From NCBI GenBank assembly GCA_965228135.1, contig OZ245798.1, forward strand, positions 1,803,037 to 1,867,036: 64,000 nt of DNA, read 5' to 3'. Source of the stretch: Tagaea sp. Lineage in GTDB: Bacteria > Pseudomonadota > Alphaproteobacteria > CACIAM-22H2. Position 1 is the first letter of the stretch. Each line of letters begins with the position of its first letter. Under the pieces are notes generated by a model. The model was not told where the DNA came from, did no database searches, and was given only the letters and a program-made list of their open reading frames with translations. The position numbers were made by a program, and so were the translations under genes. Of this stretch, positions 9,810-17,612 are shown in pieces.

Positions 9810-10967
9810 TCAATCGTCGAGCAGCGCCCAGCGGCCGTTCTTCACCTGGATCATGCGGAACGACGTATCGCCCAGTCCCATGTGATCGGCCGGCGTCATC
9901 GTCACGATGCCAGTCGTCGCCACCAATCCCTTGGTCGCTTCGATCTGATCACGAATCTTTACGGGCGATGCGGATTTTCCTGCGCGTTCGATCGCCCCGA
10001 CCAGGATCGCAAAGGCGTCGCGCGCGTAACCGGCGTAGGATGACACGGGTTCGTTGTGCTTGCCTTCGTAGGCGCGCTTGAACTCGACCGCGACCACCTT
10101 CTGCGGATCGTTCGCCGGCAGCAATTCGGCGACCAGCAGCACTGATGCCGGCAGGCGAATACCTTCCGCCGCCGCACCGCTCAGCTTCAGGAAATCGTCC
10201 GAAGCAACGCCGTGCGATTGATAGAACGGCGTCTTCATGCCGAGCTGGGCGTAGCCCCGCGTGACCACCGCCGAGCTGTGGCCGAAACCCGGATTGATGA
10301 TGGCACCGACCCCCGCAGCGGCGCGGATGCGGGTCAATTGCGGAGTCATGTCGGCGTCGCTGTCCTCATAGGTCTCGTCGGCGACCACGCGCACTTTCGC
10401 CTCTTCGGCGGCGATCTTGCACTGCTGACGCATCGAAGCGCCTGTACCGCCGTTGCTGGAGATCAGCGCCACACCATCGATTCTGCGGCGGACGATATCC
10501 GCGAAGATCTTGCGGCAAGCCATCAAGTCGGTTTCAGGCGTCTTGAAGACGAATTTTTTCACCGGCTCGACGATCGTGATCGCGCTAGCGAGCGAGATCA
10601 GCGGAATCTCCGCCGATTCGAAGACCGGGATCATCGCCATCGTCGCAGGCGTCGTCGATCCAGCGATCGCAGCGACGATCTTGTCTTCTTCGACCAGACG
10701 CGTCGCGAATGTTTTGGCGCGGTTGGGATTTCCGGCGTCGTCATAGACGACCAGGCGCACGCGCTCGCCGTTGATACCGCCCTTGGCGTTCACCTCGTCG
10801 ACCAGCATGCGCAGCGTCTTGGCTTCCGGATCTCCCAGGAACGAAGCGCCCCCGGTGATCGCCAGCGACGCGCCGATCACGATTTCGGCACGCACCGCGG
10901 AAACGCCCGCCAGCAGCGTCGCACCGACCGCGAATGCACAAATTCCGCCCAAAAATCTGGATTTCAT
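9810..10967 (-). CDS. periplasmic substrate-binding protein, LivK/Leu-Ile-Val-binding family (ligand possibly aromatic)
   Basis: Signal peptide MKSRFLGGICAFAVGATLLAGVSAVRA followed by a type-I periplasmic binding fold. It is the first gene of the minus-strand operon that ends with the P450 and reductase. Confidence 0.8.
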   Translation of the reverse strand: MKSRFLGGICAFAVGATLLAGVSAVRAEIVIGASLAITGGASFLGDPEAKTLRMLVDEVNAKGGINGERVRLVVYDDAGNPNRAKTFATRLVEEDKIVAAIAGSTTPATMAMIPVFESAEIPLISLASAITIVEPVKKFVFKTPETDLMACRKIFADIVRRRIDGVALISSNGGTGASMRQQCKIAAEEAKVRVVADETYEDSDADMTPQLTRIRAAAGVGAIINPGFGHSSAVVTRGYAQLGMKTPFYQSHGVASDDFLKLSGAAAEGIRLPASVLLVAELLPANDPQKVVAVEFKRAYEGKHNEPVSSYAGYARDAFAILVGAIERAGKSASPVKIRDQIEATKGLVATTGIVTMTPADHMGLGDTSFRMIQVKNGRWALLDD

Positions 10968-10989
10968 GATGCTTCCTCCCTTGGCGACG

Positions 10990-11060
10990 ATGCGCCGTGA
11001 TTGACTTTTGTCGAGCCGTTATTTACGTATTGTAAAAATCGTTTACGACGTTTTCATACA
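10990..11060. promoter_or_regulatory. divergent promoter region with TTTACG-type direct and inverted repeats (candidate IclR/LuxR operator)
   Basis: AT-rich cgttatttacgtattgtaaaaatcgtttacgacgttttcatacatcac between the transporter operon and the VanA-like gene. Confidence 0.3.
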
Positions 11061-11118
11061 TCACGATCTCGGGCACGGTCAAGCGCCGGAAGCGAACGAA
11101 AGAACGAAAGGGAAGGAA

Positions 11119-12186
11119 ATGCCGTATTTGCAGAACGCTTGGTACGTCGCGTTGTGGGGCGACGATCTGCCGCCCGGCGCGATCCAATCGCGCCGCATTC
11201 TCGATGTGCCGTTGGCGATCTATCGCGGTCATGACGGACGTTTGTCCGCGCTGACCAACGCATGCCCGCATCGCTTCGCGCCGCTGTCGGAAGGCAAGGT
11301 GCTGGCCGACGGCACGCTGCAATGCCCCTATCACGGCCTGCAATTCGATGGCACGGGCCAATGCGTGCGCAATCCGCACGGTGCGGGCCTGATCCCGCGC
11401 GCAGCGCAGGTGCGCGCCTTCACGGTGCATGAAAAGGATGGCATCGTGTGGATATGGATGGGTGCGCAAACGCCCGACATCGCCAAGATCCCCGCCTATC
11501 CGATGCTCGGCGAGCCCGGCCGCCCGCGCTCGAAGAAGGATTGGCTGCGCATCAATTCGAGCTATGAGCTGATCATCGAGAATCTTCTCGATCTCAGCCA
11601 TGTCAGCTTTCTGCATGACGGCATTCTGGGGAATTCGGAAACCGTCACCGCCAAGATCAAGGTCCATCACGAAGGCGACGTAATCCGCGTCGATCGCGAA
11701 ATGACCGACGTGACGAGCCCCGGCCTGTTCGACCTGCTTTACCGGCGCGACGCCGGCAAGGTCGATATGTGGACCAACATCACCTGGACGGCACCCGCGA
11801 CTTTGGTCAACGACGCGGGCGTAGTCGACGTGGGCAAGCCGAAATCCGACGGAACCGGCATTTTCGGCCATCACTTCCTGACGCCCGAGACCGCGCACAC
11901 GACGCTCTATCATTTCTGCGCCGTAATGCAGAATCCCCTGCCCCACGCGGCGGACGACGACGTGCGCCGCCAATTGACGGATCTGCGCCGCAAGGCCTTC
12001 GACGAACAGGACAAGATGATCATCGACGCGCAGCAGCGCGCCCTTCTCGATCCCGCGATCGATACGCAAAAGCCGGTGATGCTGGAGATCGACGCAGGCC
12101 CGATGCGCTTTCGCCGCCATCTTGAAAAACTGATCGCGGATGAAGCCGCGCGCGCGCGCCTGGCCGACCAGGCCGTCGGCGGATGA
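11119..12186 (+). CDS. Rieske non-haem iron oxygenase, VanA-like (class IA, phthalate family; O-demethylase or hydroxylase oxygenase component)
   Basis: Rieske CPHRFAPLSEG...CPYHGLQFD; the start is ATG at 11119 after AAGGGAAGGAA (the track ORF at 11008 is over-extended). Confidence 0.85.
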   Translation: MPYLQNAWYVALWGDDLPPGAIQSRRILDVPLAIYRGHDGRLSALTNACPHRFAPLSEGKVLADGTLQCPYHGLQFDGTGQCVRNPHGAGLIPRAAQVRAFTVHEKDGIVWIWMGAQTPDIAKIPAYPMLGEPGRPRSKKDWLRINSSYELIIENLLDLSHVSFLHDGILGNSETVTAKIKVHHEGDVIRVDREMTDVTSPGLFDLLYRRDAGKVDMWTNITWTAPATLVNDAGVVDVGKPKSDGTGIFGHHFLTPETAHTTLYHFCAVMQNPLPHAADDDVRRQLTDLRRKAFDEQDKMIIDAQQRALLDPAIDTQKPVMLEIDAGPMRFRRHLEKLIADEAARARLADQAVGG

Positions 12187-12575
12187 GCGGCAACGTTACC
12201 CGGCTGCGGCGCGCGGACGCCGGCGAGATTCGTCCGATCGGTACGCGCGACCTCGCGGCGCGCGCGGGCCGGCCGGACGCGGACGAATCCGCGATCGTCG
12301 CCGACGCATGGCGTCTCTTGCGCGGACAGGTGCCGCTCCGGATCGCCGAACAATTCCCGCGCGGCGGATTCCTCGATGCGACACACGAGTTGTGCGAGGC
12401 GGTTTTCGGCGGGGCGCTATGCGCCTTGACGCTGGAATATACCTCGCGCGGCGGCCCCTATCGCGCCACGCTGCGTCTCGCGGCGCCCGACCGGATCGCA
12501 ACGGGCGAAAGCGCCCGCTCCGCCGCGATGGCGCTGATCGTCGCCTTGTTGGACGGCAATCACAACCGCCCGTAA
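12183..12575 (+). CDS. hypothetical 130-aa protein translationally coupled to the VanA-like gene
   Basis: The ATG overlaps the oxygenase stop (ATGA at 12183-12186) and ends 23 bp before the iclR start. There is no recognisable motif, and it could be spurious. Confidence 0.3.
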   Translation: MSGNVTRLRRADAGEIRPIGTRDLAARAGRPDADESAIVADAWRLLRGQVPLRIAEQFPRGGFLDATHELCEAVFGGALCALTLEYTSRGGPYRATLRLAAPDRIATGESARSAAMALIVALLDGNHNRP

Positions 12576-12597
12576 CGTCGGGCCGAAGGCAAGTCAC

Positions 12598-13353
12598 GTG
12601 TCGAAGGAAGATAAAGACATCGCGGGCATCCAGTCGATCGAAGTCGGCGCCGCGATCCTGTTTGCGCTCGCCCAGATCGGCCGCCGCGCCACGCTCAACG
12701 AAATCGCCAGCGCCACCGGCATGGTGCCGGCCAAGCTGCATCGCTATCTGGCCAGCATGATGAAATCCGGGCTCGTGGTGCAGCCGAAGAAGGCGGGCGT
12801 CTACGCGCTGGGGCCCGGCGCCATCCGCATCGGCCTCGCCGCCCTTCAGCAGAACGATTTCTGCACCATCGCGACCCAGCATTTGGGCGAGATTCGCGAC
12901 GCGCTCGACGTCACCTGCTTCGGCGCGGTGCTCGGCAAGCAAGGTCCGACGATTTTCGCCCAGGAAGTGGCCGCCAACAACGTGGCGGTCTTCGTGCGTG
13001 TGGGTTCGGTTCTGCCGATGGAAAATTCCTCAACTGGCTGGGCTTTCGGCGCGTTCATGAGCGACAGCCAATACCGCGCCGTCTGCGGCATCGAGCGCGC
13101 CCGCGCGCCGGAAGCTACGCTCAAACGGCACCGGGAAGTGAAAAAGCATGGTTGCGCGCGCATTACGGACGAATATGTGCGGGGCATCAGCGCGATCTCC
13201 TATCCGGTATTCGGGCTGAACAACGCGATCGAGGGCGTGATCACGGCGCTGGGCGCGACCGGCAATTTCGATAACGCGGTCGACGGCCTGATTTCGAAGA
13301 AATTGCGCGAGGTCGCCAGCCAAATCGGCCGATCGCTGGGCGCGAACGTCTAA
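12598..13353 (+). CDS. IclR-family transcriptional regulator
   Basis: N-terminal wHTH (RATLNEIASATGMVPAKLHRYLASMMKSGLV) plus a C-terminal IclR effector domain. IclR regulators commonly control aromatic catabolic operons. Confidence 0.85.
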   Translation: MSKEDKDIAGIQSIEVGAAILFALAQIGRRATLNEIASATGMVPAKLHRYLASMMKSGLVVQPKKAGVYALGPGAIRIGLAALQQNDFCTIATQHLGEIRDALDVTCFGAVLGKQGPTIFAQEVAANNVAVFVRVGSVLPMENSSTGWAFGAFMSDSQYRAVCGIERARAPEATLKRHREVKKHGCARITDEYVRGISAISYPVFGLNNAIEGVITALGATGNFDNAVDGLISKKLREVASQIGRSLGANV

Positions 13354-13418
13354 AGCGATTTTGGTTCGATTTGCCACTATCCGGCGGCGATGCAGCGTGC
13401 GGATGCTCCAACGAAAAA

Positions 13419-13448
13419 GGGCCCGGACATGCGGTCCAGGCCCTTATT
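13419..13448 (+). terminator. intrinsic terminator-like hairpin after iclR
   Basis: GGGCCCGGAC-atgcg-GTCCAGGCCC followed by TTATT, with an A-run upstream. Confidence 0.5.
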
Positions 13449-13461
13449 CACTTCAAACCAA

Positions 13462-13531
13462 TGATGGGCGATGTAGGGCTCGAACCGACGACAAGCTGAT
13501 TAAGAGTCAGCGGGTAGGTCGAACTAATCCC
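13462..13531 (-). pseudogene. tRNA-Lys(CTT)-like fragment; the 3' half is intact and the 5' half is degenerate
   Basis: On the minus strand, an anticodon arm GCTGA-CTCTTAA-TCAGC (anticodon CTT), a T-arm GTCGG-TTCGAGC-CCTAC and an acceptor 3' strand ATCGCCC-A. The upstream GGGATTAG... cannot form a D-arm or pair with the acceptor. It sits exactly at the left GC-content break. Confidence 0.4.
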
Positions 13532-13958
13532 AAAGCTCAAGCGCGTCCCTCAACGAGGACGATATTGCTTATGCTTTGACCGAAAAGTCATTTCGAAGGA
13601 CTCTCAGTCCTACGTGATGATCGCTAAATCAATTGGTAAACGGCATTAAGTGGCATGCCCCAGGATTGTTGGATACCAATATAGGTATCTGGCTTGATGG
13701 GGTCGATGGCCCCTGCATCTAGCCTTACGGTGCCGTAGGCTAGTGGCCTTTAACCAGCCAGGGGAGACAGTCCACCCCATCAGGCCAGTAGTGACGTTAC
13801 CTTTGCCCGATAACGATTACGGCCTCCTTCAGGCATTAGAAGTTCTGACCGTTGAGCAACTATTGCGAAGCTTGCCACTAAAGCTTTCGCAGTATCCCTT
13901 CTCCCAAGGGCATTCAGAGCCGATAAACAGCGACTTCGAACAAATCTGCGCGAGCTAG

Positions 13959-14204
13959 TCACTTACCTGAGGCAGGCTTGGCACGACGAAAGCGCTGGGC
14001 AGGTGTCAAAAGGCCGTGCGAGGTCGATCTGAGCGCGACAGCAAGCTTGTCGAGCATATCCAATGACGCTGCGTAACGCTCGGTCTCCAGAAGCGAAACA
14101 TAGCTGCGGTCAATACCCGCAGCCATCGCCAGGGCTTCCTGGGACATCGCCCGCTCCCGCCGGATACGGCGCAAATTGATTGCCAAAACCCGTCTCGACC
14201 GCAT
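13959..14204 (-). CDS. XRE-family (Cro/CI-type) HTH transcriptional regulator
   Basis: LRRIRRERAMSQEALAMAAGIDRSYVSLLETERYAASLDMLDKLAVAL. A 60-aa ORF (13780..13962) is coupled downstream by a GTGA overlap. Confidence 0.75.
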   Translation of the reverse strand: MRSRRVLAINLRRIRRERAMSQEALAMAAGIDRSYVSLLETERYAASLDMLDKLAVALRSTSHGLLTPAQRFRRAKPASGK

Positions 14205-14313
14205 TCCCGGAGGGGACCAAGTTGCGGCCGAACGATCCACAGAGTATATTCAACAAATTATACTCATAGCCTGTACCCATCAGCAGGCAGGAATCCGCCT
14301 CGCGGCAACCAAG

Positions 14314-14961
14314 CGAATGGCTATCGAGGAGGAGCAATTCAAAGTGCTCGGACGACGGGACGCCCCCGCAGCCCCTGATATACGAAAGCGCCGTCGCTGG
14401 CCGTTTTGGCTCGCTGTCGCGGTCATCACCTGGCTAACGACCGAGAGCGTTTATGACCATCTTCGCCAAGCGCGTCTTGCCAAAGAAGATTCAGTAGAGG
14501 GCCGCGCATTTCGCGCGGAACAGGAGATAGCGGCAGCGGCCAAGGAACAAGCGGCGGCCAGCCGTTACAATGCAGAAAAAGCACGTGCCGCATTCCGAGC
14601 TCTTCCAGAAAAAGATCGAGTTACTCAGGCTGCCATGGATGAGGCCTTCCGCAATCCTGGAAAGAAGCCAAGACTCGCAGATGGTTACTTCATTACCATC
14701 GGCGACTACGGGATCGGTACCTCGGGATGGTATGGAAATATCTGGGTAGCCCGCGATGAGACTACCAAGCCATCGACTTGGTGCGAGTGGGCTGAAAGCT
14801 GGTTTTCATGGGTATGGCGCTGTACCAGCGTCCGCATATGCAGGGACTTCTGGCGCGGTTTTCGTTCTGGCCTTTTATTCATTGTCGTCGATCGCAAACA
14901 GCCGCCCATTCGAGCCTGCCGCGATCCTATTACCGGACTATGGAACAATTATAAGTTCTAG
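14314..14961 (+). CDS. hypothetical membrane-anchored protein (island cargo)
   Basis: Divergent from the XRE gene; it has one TM (WPFWLAVAVITWLTT), a charged A/E/K/R-rich middle and a Trp-rich C-terminus. The start is taken at MAIEEEQ; the track ORF begins at 14176. Confidence 0.4.
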   Translation, partial: RMAIEEEQFKVLGRRDAPAAPDIRKRRRWPFWLAVAVITWLTTESVYDHLRQARLAKEDSVEGRAFRAEQEIAAAAKEQAAASRYNAEKARAAFRALPEKDRVTQAAMDEAFRNPGKKPRLADGYFITIGDYGIGTSGWYGNIWVARDETTKPSTWCEWAESWFSWVWRCTSVRICRDFWRGFRSGLLFIVVDRKQPPIRACRDPITGLWNNYKF

Positions 14962-15042
14962 AAAAATAATTCCATCATCCTCTAATATAAGTCCAATATC
15001 ACCAATCACTGCCCAATCGGCAATGTTTCATAGGCGGCTAAA

Positions 15043-15477
15043 ATGGATCGAAGCGACGCAGCCCGGGAGCTCATGGCGATTTTTCTTGAAACGAAGAGTG
15101 TCCCGACGCCCGATCAACTGATCGCGCGAATTGAGAAAGTTGGAGCTCTTCAAAATCGAGCTCATCCCCTACTTCGCCCCATTACTCGTCAAGAAGCTGT
15201 CGAACTTGCGCAAGGCTCAATGCCGCAAGGGCTGGCCTTACATCGTTTCCGGCGCGCAGAGACGATGTGCGTTTGGATATCTGCCCATCGACGACTATAT
15301 CCTGACGCCTCGACTGACTGGCTCGAAGAGCTTTTCACTATTTTCGAATGGTCGCGATCGGGCTGCGAGGAAGGCGGCGAACTCGGATGCGACTGGATTT
15401 TCGCCGTGGAACACTTTGAAGGTCGCCCGAAGCTTATTCGAGATCCGATCGAAATTTCTCGCTCGAATTTCTTTTGA
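15043..15477 (+). CDS. hypothetical protein (island cargo)
   Basis: 144-aa ORF in a low-GC stretch with no recognisable motif. Confidence 0.35.
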   Translation: MDRSDAARELMAIFLETKSVPTPDQLIARIEKVGALQNRAHPLLRPITRQEAVELAQGSMPQGLALHRFRRAETMCVWISAHRRLYPDASTDWLEELFTIFEWSRSGCEEGGELGCDWIFAVEHFEGRPKLIRDPIEISRSNFF

Positions 15478-15783
15478 CGACTCTATGTCTCAGAACATCT
15501 CCCAATCCGCATTCACTCAACAACGTGATCGGCAGACGCAAGTGCCCACTCAACGTTCTCCCATCCGTTTCCTTCCAGAAAAGGCAGGCTTCCAATGGAA
15601 CCCGATGAAAACGAACAAAAGGAAGTCGGCGCGACCGAAACATCGCTACCGCCCTTATCACCAGATGAGCGGCGTTATATGCCCATGATGGGTTTTTTTC
15701 ATTGCTTCAAGCCCGTCGTTTGGCTGCGAAACTTGGAAGGCCACGGGCCGACGCCGCCTAAGGCAGACAAAGCCGATACCTAA

Positions 15784-16152
15784 CGCGCTTTGAATGCCGG
15801 CAGATCGGCTTTGGCGCTCATTGCCAAGTTTGGCTCAGCTATCGCACTCTCGCACTGGGCCGGGCTGACCCGCTTCGCCGGCGACGGGCGTATCGAGATC
15901 GACAACAACGCGGTCGAACGAGCGATCCGGCCGCAGGCGCTGACCCACAAGAACGCGCTGTTCGCGGGCAGCGACGGCGGCGCGCAACATTGGGCGTGCC
16001 TCGCCTCGCTGATCGAGACCGCAAAGCTCAACGCGCTCGATCCGCTCGCCTAACTGACCGCCACTCTCGAAGCCCTCGCCGCCGGACATCCCATCAACCG
16101 CGCCGGCAAACTCCTCCCTTGGCGATGGGCACACACGCCGTCAACCGTGTGA
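15784..16152 (+). pseudogene. IS66-family transposase (TnpC) C-terminal remnant, 5'-truncated and with an in-frame nonsense codon
   Basis: GDGRIEIDNNAVERAIRPQALTHKNALFAGSDGGAQHWACLASLIETAKLNALDPLA-TAA-LTATLEALAAGHPINRAGKLLPWRW is the diagnostic IS66 C-terminus. The TAA at 16051-16053 replaces a conserved Tyr codon. Confidence 0.8.
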
Positions 16153-16262
16153 GCCAGGCGATGCATACGATGGAACGGCTCGACAAAAACTGCGCGTCTA
16201 GCATCCGGGTAAAGGCAAACGGCTAAGCCGACGGCATGGACAAAAAACCGACTTCGCGGTTG

Positions 16263-17222
16263 CTAAGGAGTCTCGTGATTTCTCAAGAGCGTGCTTAGCG
16301 ATTTGAAGTCCATCCCATACCGCCCCAAATCCAGGATGAATTCGATCAAGTTCTGAGGCGTGTAGCCAAGTGCTCGATGCTTCTCACTCGATATACTGCG
16401 AATCAGCACTATGAGCATTTCAAAATCGATCTTGTTGCGCCCCGCCTCGATCAGAATTACTCCCAGCTTAGGAACAGTGTATCCCAGCTCGCGAATTTCT
16501 TCAGTGAAGGCCCCGTTGACCTCAACTCCGTCAGCGATCATTTCGGACGTGAATGACTTCTCGGTAAGCTTCCGCAAATTCGCACGCCGCTTTCGAATCT
16601 CTGCGGCATAATTCTCGGTCCATCCACTGTACCGCACCGCATGATTCTGATCACGCATTGCCCGCTCACGATAGACCTTTGCACGGTACCCTGGCGATTG
16701 GGCTAGACCTTGCGGAGCGTCAGGGAGAAGCGAGTTACTCGCTGTGAGATCCGGCGCAGCATCCCCGGCCACCACCTTATCTCCGCCGGACCGCAATTTT
16801 GAATCGGTATCAGATCTTGCGATCATCTCTGGCGCCGCTTGGCACGAGGCAATGCCTGCGCCTGAGGCAATAGCATCGGGTTTGATTACTGCAGGATCCG
16901 GCGTAGCTTCACCGACAACCACCCGATCTTCGCTGGGCGGGAGGTTCGCAGTGGCCCCAGGTTTTGCAGTCGCCTCTCGAGAGGTTTGGTTCAGGTCGAT
17001 GTCCACCTCCGTAGACTGGGCACGAGATTTGATCGCGATGGTCAACGCCTTATGCGTTTCGGCGCGGCGTCGGGCGTCCTCGGCATCTCGCTGCGCCTGC
17101 ATCCCCTTTCGCCCGAAATGCGACGACGTATTGGGCGGCGACGCGGCAACTATGTGAGTTGCTCCAGTATCGGCGGGTGTTGCCGTTACAGACGATTGAT
17201 CCAATTTGGTTTTCTCGGACAT
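16263..17222 (-). CDS. hypothetical protein upstream of, and divergent from, the relaxase gene (possible mobilisation accessory protein)
   Basis: 319 aa with an A/P/S/T-rich low-complexity N-terminal half and a structured C-terminal third; no identifiable domain. Confidence 0.4.
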   Translation of the reverse strand: MSEKTKLDQSSVTATPADTGATHIVAASPPNTSSHFGRKGMQAQRDAEDARRRAETHKALTIAIKSRAQSTEVDIDLNQTSREATAKPGATANLPPSEDRVVVGEATPDPAVIKPDAIASGAGIASCQAAPEMIARSDTDSKLRSGGDKVVAGDAAPDLTASNSLLPDAPQGLAQSPGYRAKVYRERAMRDQNHAVRYSGWTENYAAEIRKRRANLRKLTEKSFTSEMIADGVEVNGAFTEEIRELGYTVPKLGVILIEAGRNKIDFEMLIVLIRSISSEKHRALGYTPQNLIEFILDLGRYGMDFKSLSTLLRNHETP

Positions 17223-17288
17223 GAAGCATGCTCCTCAGTTTGCGTGCGCGCTTTCGAGTGCGCCCTAACAAACCGATTATCCACGACC

Positions 17289-17424
17289 GCTCTTAAAAAC
17301 CGCTGCGCGGCGACGTGCCTCCGCCCCTAGATGCCCAGCCATTTTCGACACAGTCAGCAAGGCTTCGTCGAAAACGACGCTCTGCCAAGAATCCGTCTGT
17401 TCGGGCGTAGGCGTTTTTAAGACG
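17289..17424. repeat. inverted-repeat pair CTCTTAAAAACCGC ... GCGTTTTTAAGAC (site A), arms about 105 bp apart
   Basis: Left arm 17289-17304 and right arm 17410-17424. The same motif recurs upstream of the recombinase gene at 21296-21346. Confidence 0.6.
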
Positions 17425-17450
17425 ACTGCCCCTACACTTGCCCTTGTCCG

Positions 17451-17481
17451 CACCGGGCGCTCCCGATGGGAGCGCCCGGTG
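17451..17481. repeat. perfect 14-bp inverted repeat with a 3-nt spacer
   Basis: CACCGGGCGCTCCC-gat-GGGAGCGCCCGGTG in the relaxase upstream region. Confidence 0.8.
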
Positions 17482-17521
17482 CCAAGAGATTACGAGCGGC
17501 CGCAACAGCGGCCGCCCTATT

Positions 17522-17555
17522 CCCTAGTCGGGGACGGCCACGTCCCCGACTAGGG
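17522..17555. repeat. perfect 15-bp inverted repeat with a 4-nt spacer (candidate oriT hairpin or terminator)
   Basis: CCCTAGTCGGGGACG-gcca-CGTCCCCGACTAGGG, about 50 bp before the annotated relaxase start codon. Confidence 0.8.
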
Positions 17556-17612
17556 CGCAATTACGCATTCGCTGCTTCAGGGCAACACGAATGCAGGCTG
17601 TTGGAGGTCTAA

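Noticed and set aside
8096-10043. Plus-strand ORFs over the LivM/LivH permease genes
   Set aside because: Antisense to hydrophobic permease genes; composition is inconsistent with real proteins.
13566-13958. Small ORFs 13743-13958 (+) and 13361-13579 at the island's left end
   Set aside because: Short, overlapping and motif-free. The first ends 1 nt before the XRE stop codon; the second overlaps the terminator and tRNA fragment.
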